Both the position numbers and the translations under genes were made by a program. From Peribolospora baueri (taxonomy: Eukaryota), in contig JAMDHS010000013.1 of assembly GCA_029717555.1 (NCBI GenBank), positions 248,001 to 312,000 of the forward strand: DNA of 64,000 nt, given 5' to 3'. Shown here piece after piece: positions 37,677 to 48,701 of this stretch (position 1 is its first letter; each line of letters begins with the position of its first letter). The notes beneath the pieces are model-generated. The model was not told the DNA's origin. It worked only from the letters and a program-made list of their open reading frames with translations, and made no database searches.

Positions 37677-39725
37677 ATGGCTGATACTGCCACTGCCGGT
37701 ACCAACGGCACTGGCGTTGCCCCAGCCGCCATACAGACGGAGGACGCTGCGGGCGTCATGAGCAAGGAGGAGGCTGAGGCCGGTGCGCTCAAGCAAGGTA
37801 AGCGGTTCAAACTAAAGGTCTTAGCGATCGACAGGTCTCTACAGAGGCGTATTCCTTCTTGGCATGTTTGTCCGACCATTGCGCGTTTCGCTTTTGTCTC
37901 TTGTCCATCCTGCCATTCTCCATTTCCGTCCGACAGGCGAGTTCTACTTCTCCGACGCGAACTTGCCCTTCGACAAGTTCCTCTTCATGGAGACGCGCAA
38001 GAACGCGGAAGGATGGGTGGACGTGAAGCTTCTGTCGAGCTTTAAGCGCATGCGGCCCTACACCGACGTGCTCGGTGTCGAGGGCGTGGCTGAGGCACTC
38101 AGGGCCAGCGAAGAGCTGCTCGAAGTTAATGAAGAGGGAACGAGGGTACGCAGGTCCACGGAGCTCAAGCCACCGCAGAATGATCCGTTTGGTAGGAGCA
38201 TTTACGCTGTGAGTGCCGTTCTAGTTGAATACCTCAATTGGCAGCTATTATCCGGTCACAGCTGGTCTGGGAAAGAGCGCAGTCGTCTCACAAGTCGTTG
38301 TTTGTCATTGCGCGCTCACAGAAAGGGTTCGGAGAGGAGTATCCGGGTATACAAGAGGACCTCGAGAAGTTTTTCGCCCAGTTCGGTGACATTGCGGCGG
38401 TGAGGATGCGCAGAGAAAAGGACAAGGCCCACGCTTTCAAGGTATGTTTTGTTCTCGACCAATAATGCAAAGGCCAGAGCTTAATACTAAACCGGGGTCT
38501 CATCCATGACGAACTTTGGTTATCTGCAGGGCTCCGTGTTCGTCGAGTTCAAAGAGTTGGACGATATGAAGGCCTTCTTGGAGCTCGAACCCAAGCCGAA
38601 ATGGAAGGACACCGAGCTCCTCACCATGTCCAAGTGAGTTGAGTGACGGACAACGGCGCGTCACTTTTGCACCTTGGCTTGGCTCACCGCTTTGCACGAC
38701 TTGCGTTTTAATATTGGCAGGGACGCGTACGTAGACATGAAGATGAAGGAAAAGGGCATTGATCCGTCCAACAAAAAGCGCGGAATCGGTTCTGGCCCGT
38801 CGTCGATGCGCACGTTCAACGCATTCCGAGACGTTATCAATAAGCCAGACGGCGGCGCCGGCGGCGGCAAGTACAAGAATGCGGAGGCCGGGCCGGTCGA
38901 GTTCGACTACCACGGCAAGACGTACGTCTGCGACGCGGATGGCAAGGTGGACGAGAGTCAGATCGAATACCCCAAGGGATCGGTGCTCAAGTTCTCCACT
39001 GCAGGGCCAGCTGGGCCGAATTGGTGGAGGGAGCTCAGGGTGCGCTATAGCTGCTCCTTATCGTCTTTGCCTACCCCTTGCCGTCATGTCCTTCACTGGT
39101 AAGGCTCGAGAGTAGCCTAAACTGACGTATCTAATTTTCTCCTTTTTCGTCGTCTCACTTGACCTCGCAATTCACAGACGGTGCTTGATAAAGTCGCAGT
39201 GACTTCGTTCGTCGACCTTCCAGAAGGCACAACCAAGGGGCAGGTGGGCTTCAAAGAAAGTGTGACGGACGGGCAGCTGGATAAGACTCGCGAGGAAGCG
39301 TCCAAGGTCGATGGGATTGAGCTGACGTGGGAGAGACTTGGTGGTGAGTCCAAAGGACGCCGGTATCCTTGCGAATGTCGTCCCTTTCTCTCCTTATGGC
39401 GCATTCTGAACCTCCTATTTCTGCTTCACTTCGCCATCCTCCAGAGGAAGAGGAGCGTGCGTTCCACACCGAACGTGTCAACTTCCGTGCTAACAAGGCA
39501 CTCCAGCAGCGCCGCGACGGTGGCGCTCGTCGCGGTGGTCGTGGTGGTCGCGGTGGACGACGAGGGGGAGGACGAGGGGGAGGACGAGGAGGCCATGGTG
39601 GCGGGGCGAACAAGCGGAAGCGCGAGGGCGACGAAGTCAAAGACACTCCTGCTTCGGCACAGTCGGACAAGAGACTCCCGCCGACGATTAGCAAGAAGGC
39701 TAAGACTGAGGGGGGCGAAGCCTGA
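37677..39725 (+). CDS. LHP1: La autoantigen homolog (La motif + RRM1 + C-terminal RRM2 + RGG tail)
   Basis: KQ|GEFYFSDANLPFDKFL..GWVDVKLLSSFKRMR..RSIYA|KGFGEE..AVRMRR..FK|GSVFVEF..YPKGSVLKF..WERLG|EEEERAFH..RGGRGGRGG. Confidence 0.93.
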
Positions 39726-41158
39726 GGCGTCTTCTTAATTGAGCGCCGGTCGATTTGAGCATAAAAATGGCCACAGGGGCCAGTAACGCTTTTGACGCCG
39801 TTCGAAGGCGCGAGCGACGTGAGGGAATGTGCACACGGGATGGATGGCCTACCTCTTCGGCGAGGCGCGCGACGCGAAGGAGGGGAGACCGCAGATGCGT
39901 TTATGCGTACGTGTGCGAGTACAGGACATGTGATGTGACTTGTCCGAAACCCTTGGGGCGCTTCTTCTCTGAACATCCTGGCCTTCGCGTGACTTAGTCC
40001 TGGCATCAGGTAGCAACCACGTACAGCTTCCCATAAGCTCGATTTCATCCTGTGGCTGGTCTGATGACTTCCTCACCTTCGGCTTTGGTTGTAGCATCCG
40101 CTGCTGGCCACAAACCTCGGTGGTAGGATGGGAGGAGAAGGGGTGAGGCGGCAAGCACACTCAATGTCCGCCTCGTCCTCGTGTCACGTGCAGCGAGCGG
40201 CGAGGTTCCGCTGCGGCACGAAGAAGAGACTTCTCTCCCCTCTTCCTCTTTTCTCCTTTCTCTTCTCAACGACGAGCGCCTCGTCCTCGATCCGGGAGTA
40301 CGTGGCTCCCACATTGGTAAGAAGGCTCGTTTCTGTCTATCGTCCAACATCCCTTTCGTCGAGTGTCTCTGTTCTCCGTGCGTACGAGCGATTCGCCTGT
40401 CCTTCGACTATCGAGTAAGCACCGCACCGCACCGCACAGCGTCGCACGCCTTGGCGACATTTTTTTTCTTCTTTCCTACCTCTCCTCCTCTTATTCTTGC
40501 CTTCTTTCCTTCCTTCCTTCCTTCTTTCTTCCTCTCACAAACCCACCCGTTTTGCCTAGAGCCCTCGCCTTCTGCCCTCTCCAGGGCGGAAACCTCCCAT
40601 GGCGAGAGGCTCTCAACTGACGGCAGTGGAACAACGATCCGTCGGGGAGTTCCGAGGGGCGGAAGTCAGACACCGCTCTTCGCCCTGTTCCTTCTTCCCT
40701 CGGACGAGGGAAGAGGTTCGAGACGGAGGCTTCGTCCACGCTTGGCGCACCTGCGTTGGAATCTTCTTCGTTGGATGGCGCGTCGAGTACTAAACGTAGT
40801 CGACACTTTTTCCCATTGATTTGCTACTCGCCGGCTCTGCTTCAACGTATGTATGTACATACCTCGCGCTCTGTAGAAGCCAAAGTCCCGGCCGGCCGGC
40901 GGCGAATAAAAGGAAAGAAAATGAAACCCAAATGAGAGAGCCAGGCAGAATCAGGGGTGGCCAAATCAAGGAAGAAAGAAAAAGAGAGAGAGAGGTGGAG
41001 ACTAGAGAGAGCGTGAGAGAGTGGGGGACGAGGGGAAACCTGCGAATAGATGCTACAGCGAGTGTGGACCATACTTGCAACTAGATGAGTGTTTTCTTCC
41101 CGACAATTAAATGCGAATAATAGCCCAGGGAATAAACCGGTTCCATCGACACTACCTC

Positions 41159-44100
41159 TTAACGTTCTTCCCTCCCAACTGCATCGCCCGCGCCGACGAC
41201 CTGCCTCGCACCCACACCCACACCGCCTCCGAGGCTCCTTCTCAACCACCGCGCCAACTCGGCGCCCCTTAGCCTCTCCGAGCCCGTCAAGCTGAACTGG
41301 AGCTTGACGTACTCGAGCGGCTCAGCACCCGCGGCGCCAGAGAGAGACGGAGAGGAGGATAGGTCGAGCGGCAGGTTGAGCCCGTTGAGGAGCGAGTCCA
41401 ATTCCGGTCCGATCGCCGGTCCCCCACTCGTCGTCCCGGCACTGGGGTGCGCCGAGACGGAGGACGACGACGACGATGGGCGGCGAGCGTCGGCGAGAAG
41501 GAGCGAGCGCAGAGGAGCGAGGCGGGGAAGACCGAAATTGAGCACATCGTTCTTGTTGGCGTTGGCCGGAGGCTTGCGCTCCGAGGAAGAAGCGGAAGAG
41601 AAAGGGTGCTGTCGGCTGGGGGAGAAGACGGGGATGCGCCCGGCGCCAGACCTCCCGTTCGCGTTGTCGTTCGTCGGGCCGTCGCCGCCAAAGTCGGCTT
41701 GCTGCTCCGGCTGGCGCTTCTGTGCGGGCAAGTGCGACGAAAAAGACGGAGCCCGCGAGGCAAAGTCGGAGGCGCGGACGGTGTCGTCCGAAGAAGCGGA
41801 GGAGGGTGACAGAGGCCCGGGAGAGGGAGACGGGGAAGGAGAGATGACCTTGTTCACAGCCAACGCCCCCTCCTCATCCTTCTTCTCGTCCCTCGTGGGC
41901 GCACAAGAAGGTGCAGCGGGTAGGAGGATGGTGAGCTTGGTCGCCTCAGGCGCCGCACACCTGTCCTGGTCTCTGTCTCCTCGGAGCCGCTGCCGAGACA
42001 TGTCATCGTCGACGTCGACGTCCATCCTTTCTCCGTCCTTCTCCTCGCTCTGCCCGTCCGAACTGCGCCCCCTCTCCACGTCGTCGTCATCACCGAGGCT
42101 GCCACCGGCAAGCCCACCATCGAGCAACTCGACGACCGGCGGACCCGCAATGAACAACAAGGCCGCCGGCTGCGCGCCGTTCTCCTCTTCCCTCGACGAG
42201 CTGCCGCCGCTGCCGCCGACGGGCGCGGAGACGGGGCCGTCAATACTGAGCAGGCTCAGCCCGAGCTCGCGGCTCACGCGGTCCCAATCCACGGGCTCGA
42301 ACGTGCGCGGGATGAGGTCCGTGTTCGTGCTCGGACGAGGCGCGTCCGTGTTGCTGTTGCGAGGGACATAGTATGCCACGGCCTTCCTCGTCTCAGGGGT
42401 GGAGCCCCCTGACGGCCTATTAGCTCCAGAAGGAGCGGACGAAGAGATGTTCGAAGCCGCAGCGGCGTCGGGCCAGTCGATGCTGCAGACGGGCAAGAGG
42501 TCAGCCACGTCACGAGGCACGTCGGTGATGGTGCACGAGGCAAGGGAGGCGGAGGTTTGGTCGCTGGACACCGGAGAGATAGCGAGGTCGCGCTCATCGG
42601 AAAGGTGGGAGGTGGGGTGGAGCGAGGAAGGGTCGCCGGAGAAGGAAGAGGAGGCAGCACGGTCTCGCGAGCGAGAGCGGCGCAAGGTGGTCGAGGAGAG
42701 GACGCGACCGAGGGAGAAGGAGGAGCTGAAAAAAATAAAACAATGTAAAGCCAGTCATGTCAGATATCTACTCAGAGCGACCAAAGCGTCCAAGCGCATA
42801 CACGCGCTCTTGGACCGCTCCAAAACCCCGTCCACCCACCTTTCAGTCCCCCAATCAACTCTGGCAACACCGTCGCTGCCACCGAGCCCTCCGGCCCCAG
42901 CGCGCTGCTGCTGATGTCCGCCAGGCAGTCCGAAGAGAGCGAAGCTAAACAAGATAACCATGAGCGCCACCCCGCCGGCACCCTTGCGAGCTGCCGCGCT
43001 CTCGGACTTTATCGTCGAGGTGCCGTCGCGGTGGTGGTGGGAGTGGTGGGAGGTGGAAGGAGAGGGGGAAGGGTAGGGAGAAGAGCCTAGGAAGGCGCTC
43101 TCCTCCGAGCTGCTCATCCCTCCGGCACCGAGGAAGGAAGGAGCCGAACGAGGCGAGGCGGATGAGGAGGGCATCGCTGCCGTCGCCGCCGAAGAGGAGG
43201 AATGGTCAGGGAAGAGCGATGCGAACACCCCCTTTCCGTTTTCCGCGTCGTCGACGAATGGAGAAGGCGGCGGGAAAGGGATTGAGACCATCGCATCCTC
43301 TGCGCCGGCTCGCATGCCGTCGGCGGGGCGACGGTGTTGCCCGTGCTGCTGTGAACGCGAGTGCGAGTGCGCGTAGCTTGGGGAGGTGCTGGAGGTTTCA
43401 ACGCGAAGGTCGGGAGGCTGCGCGGCCTTGCCAGAGGACGAAGTCGTCGAAGCGGGCGGGGTAATGGAGCCTTCCTCCATTTTGACAGCTCCAGCCGGGG
43501 CTCCGGACCAAGCATAAGCGCCAGGCATGAAAGAAGTTTCAGAAGTGGCGCCAGTGTACGACGAAGACTGACCTGAGGCCGAAGCCGGCGAAGAACGCTG
43601 GGAGCGCAGAGAGGCGAGCTCGACTTGCAAGGCAGCCTCTCGCTGCTTGATGGCGTGCAGCTCGGCACGAAGCGACTCGATCTCGCGCATGTGGGCTTGG
43701 CGAGACGGGGAAGGGGAGGAAGACGTCGCTGTGAGCGAGTCCATCTTCTCTTTCTTCACGTTCGCCGTCGTCGCACCGGCCCCCTGCCTTCCCGCGTCAA
43801 TCGCCTCGCGAACCAAAGACCTCGTTTCCTCCTCCTCCTTCTCCAACCACTTCTCCATCCCCTCGGAACAAGCGTCGAACGCGGCCGCCCAAGCGCGATG
43901 GAAAGCCTTGACCCTGATCTCGAGCTCCTCGAACTGTTCCCTTTTACGTTGTCGACTGAGGAAGGCCGCCGCGCGGTTCTTCACCAGCCGAGCCTCGCGC
44001 TTGGTCAGACCGGAGACGTCCGGGGGAACGAAGAGAGAGCTGTGACGGGCAGAAGTGTCGATGACGGGGAGGCGATTGCCTGAAGAGGTGGAGTTGGTAT

Positions 44101-45076
44101 TCGAGTTAGAGACGCCGGAGGAGGAGGCGGCAGACGGTGATGCGAACGACTCGTTGGCCGAACACGCCTCGACGGAAGCGCTCCCGTCGTACGATGGCAC
44201 CGGCGTCATCGACGGCGCCTTGCGCTTGTTCGACTTTTTAGCGCTCTCGCCGCCCTTGTTGCCAGTGCCTTTGGGCGAAGCTTTCAAGTTAGGTCGACGG
44301 GACGAGGCCGCCGAATCTGTCTCCTCGGACTCGAGGCGCCTTCGCTTCTCCCGAGGGCTCTGGCTGCTGACGGAAGCAGAAGAGGTGGTGTCGTCAGTGA
44401 ATGGCGAGGCGAGACGGCCGATGCGCGGTGCGGAGTCAGATGAGCCTTCGTCCTCATCGTCCTCATCGTCGTCGTCATCGTCCGCGGCTCCCCTGCGACT
44501 GGCATTGCCCGCACCGGCGCGGAAGGAGAAGATGGAGGAAGGTGCAGGAGCGATGTCGGCCATGCTAAGGGAGACGGGATCGCTCTCGCTGCCGTTCGCC
44601 GCGCCGCTCCAGGTAGGGTTGGAGGCGGAGGAGGATGAAGACCAAGGGACGGGTGCGATGGAAGGATCGAGCTGGTGAGGCTCGACATGCTTCAAGCCCG
44701 CGCCCGACACGAGGTCCCACGGCGAAGGCGGAGGGTGGGCGAAGAGATGGGAGTCAGAGGCAGGGTCGAGGCGCATGTCGTCGTATCCCGTCTCCGCTTT
44801 CACAGCAGCGTGGGCGGTCCCGGACGTCGAGCCTGTGCTGGCCCAGTCGGGGCCGGAAGCAGAGCCGGGAGACGCATAGCTGATGGGGTCGTCATAAGCA
44901 AGGCTGAAATGGGTGGAGAAAGAGGAAGAGTCGAAGGATTGGGGTTGGTCGAGGAGGTCGTCGTTGATGAAGGACTGAAAGCTGGAGTTGGCGTCGTTGG
45001 CGCTTGCGAGGCCGCCGGCGTTGAGCTGCGGTGTCGAAGGCCTGGGAGGGGCAGCACCGGGCTGGAAGGAGGCCAT
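41159..45076 (-). CDS. Membrane-tethered bZIP transcription factor (ATF6/CREB3/bZIP28-like architecture)
   Basis: bZIP basic region LTKREARLVKNRAAAFLSRQRKREQFEELE and TM GGVALMVILFSFALFGLPG. One 114-nt intron (GTGGGT 42839..CAG 42726) joins ORF 42755-45076 in frame to ORF 41159-42685. Confidence 0.85.
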
Positions 45077-46100
45077 AAGGGGAAGAGCAAGGCGCGGTTG
45101 CCTGCTTGAGGTGAGGGAGCGTGCCAGTAACTGGAATGGGTGTAGGAGTGGATGGTGGTGGAGGTGGTGAGAGAAGAGCGGCCGTTCCAGCCCTCTCCTT
45201 CTTCCTTCTCCTTTCTTCTCCGACCTTCCGGTCTTCTTCCGAGGCGGGAGTGGGGGGCGGTGCGCTAAGGCACGGATGAAACGTGCTCGTTATCGAGCCA
45301 AGGTGGATGGAGTAAGGCTAGGTAAGAAGGGATGGAAGGTATGGGACGTGGTGGCTGCAGGGCGAGATGTGCGGTGGGTGTTGGGAAGGAAAGGAGGACT
45401 TGGACAAGAGAGGGTCGTCGTCGTTGTCGTCGTCGTCTTGTCGTTGTCGTCGTCGTTCGTTGTCGTCAAGTAGAGCGCGACGTGGAAGTGGAAGTGGACG
45501 ATGGCGTCCAGACGCGGGCGCACGAAACGCAGCCCAGACATGCCGTGCTGCGGCACATAGACCGGCACGTGATGCGCGCAACCCTACCCCCTTTTCCCCT
45601 TCCACGTCGACAGCCGCCGTCACCGTCAAGATGTCTCTTTCCAGAGCCTTCCATTTGCATCCATGCCGATAGCGGCAGACTCCTCTCCGTGGCCTCAGAA
45701 CGATGAACGTGTCCCTTGTCTCTCTTCCCTGCCTTGCTTCCGTGACGAGCCTTCCTCCGTTCTTTTTTTGCTCGCTCTGTGCCGGGTCGGCTTCGAACGC
45801 GGAGAAGAGGCGAGACGAGACGAGACGAGATGACTTGCATGCCGTCCTCGGGGAAAAGGAAAGAAAAAGGAAAGCTAAGTGCTGTACGTACGTACATACG
45901 GGATCGGAAAGGAGTATCGCATTTGCACATATGCTTGCCTTGCTTGGTGACCGACCACCCTCACCAACGGGTTGCGGGAGACAAGGCAGACTGACATGAA
46001 AACCCGGCGATCACGTGCCCATCTGTGCATTTTACTGTCCACCTGTCCACCTTCTTCGATCGAGGACTAAGTGCTCTCCGTGCACAACCACCTCGACGGA

Positions 46101-47970
46101 ATGTCGTCGTCGCCCCTCTGGAGCACCTTTCTCGGTGACTCCTCCTCCGTCAGGACGGCGCGTGCCGCCGCTCTCGCGCTCAGCGTCACCACCACCCTCG
46201 CCGCGTGGCTGCTCTACCGTCAAAGCCAAATAGCTTTTGCGGATCAGAAGACGCAGAGGAAGAAAGCACCGAGTCCAGCGGAGAGCGACAACGTCGAATC
46301 CCTCCGAGAGGCCTTGGACGCTCTCGAGGAGCAGGGGGAGAGGAATGCCTTGACGCTGGATAGGGAGAATGTGATGACGAGGAAGAAGGAGGTGGCCGAC
46401 ACAGGTCGGGTAGTTGGGCTGTTCTGGGATTACGATGTGCGAGACCCCCTCTTTTTCTTTTTCAGTCACCACTTTCCTGTCCTGATTTTCTAACCTCTCG
46501 CAACTGCACGCAGAACTGCGCACCTCCGAAAGGCTCCACGGGCGGACAAGTGGTGGGCAAGCTCCGCCAGATGGCCCAGAGCTACGGTACCATCTCTACC
46601 ATGAAGGCTTACCTCGACATCAACCTCATGGAACAAGGCAAGGATGGCGGCTTGCCCCAGGAGAAGCTCCTTTCCCAGTTGGCTGACTCGGGCGTCAGTC
46701 TGGTCTTTACGCCCAAAAGTGGCCGCAAGAACGTGGCCGATCAGAGAGTGCGCCTGTCGACGACCTTTCTGTGCCCGAGAACGCCTGCCTCACTCCTTCC
46801 TTGCTCTTCCTCCTTTCCTCGACACAGATGATCACCGATCTGATGGCCTTTGCAATCGACAACCCCGCCCCAGCCACGCTCGTAGTCGTCTCCGGCGACC
46901 GCGACTTTTCCTATACCCTCGGCACGCTCCGAAACCGACGGTACGAAATCGTCCTCGTGCTGCCGCCGGTCGGCGCTAACGTTAACGTCAAGCAGCAAGC
47001 CAACAAAGTACTCATGTGGCGTGCAGATGTTCTCGGCATCAGCGGCGGCATCGGCACCCACGCCTTGGAGGAAGAGGCCCCGGCTTTGGCCAACAGCGAC
47101 ATGGCACCAAGCACAAGTTCGTTGGCGTCTCCCAAGAAGAGAGAAAACGCCCCTGAGACGCAAGACACGAGGGCCGATCATAAAACTAAGTTCTTTCCCG
47201 ACGCAGTGTCACCCGCTTCACCCAGCACCCGCACACCAGACGTCTTCGCGCCACTTATCGAAACCCTAAACGAATATTCAAAACGCGGTATCACCCGCGC
47301 TTTCCGTAAACCCATGCTCGCCCAACTCGCGAAGCGCTATCCGTTCGCTGCCTCCTCAACGGGCCTGGGCAAGAACGATTGGATGGGCTACCTGGCTTTG
47401 GCGGAGAGCATCGGTATCATCCAGCAAGGGTCCATGCCGGAAAAGCCAGGATCCGAATGGGTATGGTTCTCCGACGAGCGACATCATCGACAGCAGCAAC
47501 AGCTGCCGCTGCAGCAATCTCCGCTGCCGCAATGGCATCAACAGAAGAAGAGCGTGCAGACGAGCGATCCCGTCACTAAGCCCTCTGGCACCGGCGGAAG
47601 CTCCACCCCTTCGACGCCCTTTTCTTCTCCAATTAAGCGCGGCTCCGACCCGACTGTCCCCGACAACCTTCCTTTCGAGCTTCAACCTTTCCTGCCCCTC
47701 CTCTCCATCCTAGAGGCCCGCCGTCTCGTGGGCGATATTCGCCCGCTTTGCTCCTATGTCGGCGCGCAGCTCGGACAGCTCTCCCTCGCCAAAAGCGGGA
47801 ACCGCAAAGACGTGTACGCCCAAGCGCACACGGACGGGTGGAAGAAATATGCGGAGATCGCCCAGGCGGAGGGTCTGGTTAAGATCGTCGAGACGGACAA
47901 GGAGGGCATATTGGCCGTCAGGTTGAAGAGGAAGTGGGTCGGCGTCGTTCAACCTGCAAATATTGTGTGA
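46101..47970 (+). CDS. NYN-domain (PIN-like, MARF1/DUF537) ribonuclease with N-terminal membrane anchor
   Basis: VGLFWDYD|NCAPP..KAYLD..LADSGVSLVFTPKSGRKNVADQ..MITDLMAFAIDNPAPATLVVVSGDRDFSYTLGTLRNRRYEIVLV; two C-terminal helical repeats (FAPLIETL..WMGYLALAESIGII; FLPLLSIL..WKKYAEIAQAEGLV). Confidence 0.88.
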
Positions 47971-48701
47971 GATGTGTGGGGGCCGGAGTGGCGCGGCGTA
48001 AGAACTCGCAAGGTAGAGGAGCTGCGACATACGATGGGAGCTATACCGTGCACGCCAGGCAGGGCAGGGCTCGAAGGGCATTCCGGCGAGGAAGGGAGCG
48101 GGCGAGGGGGCGTTAAGGCACAATGCCGTATCTAAGTAGTACTCGTCTGCCAGCTGAGCCTTGGCTTAGCTCCGCGACGGTAGCATAAGCTTCCTGTAGC
48201 CCACGTCGGGTATAACCTACACGTTGTCTCTCGTCCCTATCGTCCTGGGCTTGTTATCGGCGCTCATGCCCTACCGCGAGGCATCTATCCGGAGACCCGC
48301 CTGTGCGCGGCGTACTTAAATTTTCATTTTCAATATGAAGTCTAAGAGCCGGTCTCAGGTCGATTTCATCTCATCCTCGATTTAGCAATATCGGGGCGGG
48401 TAAGTCGCGTCAGTTTACCCGCCAGTAAGATCGCGACGCACGTCGAACCGGACCCAGCTGGAATTAAGTGCTCATGTCCGCCACTTGAGACTTGCAATTT
48501 GCACGTATCCTTTGCTCTAGACGATGGAGAAAGCTCCGTCCTGTTCATATCGCTCTACAAGCACCGACCTCTGCCCCTTGGGCCCGCCTCGAATCTTCCT
48601 CACCGGCGCACTCGGTGGAACCGAACAGAACCAACCGTGTACAGTAGAGCGGACAGAGCAGAGCAGAGCATAGCAGAGTGAGCGCGGCTAGGCCGGAGCT
48701 C

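Noticed and set aside
41304..44678. Long plus-strand ORFs (41304-42371, 44055-44678) and similar shadows elsewhere
   Set aside because: Antisense shadows of real GC-rich genes with low-complexity translations.
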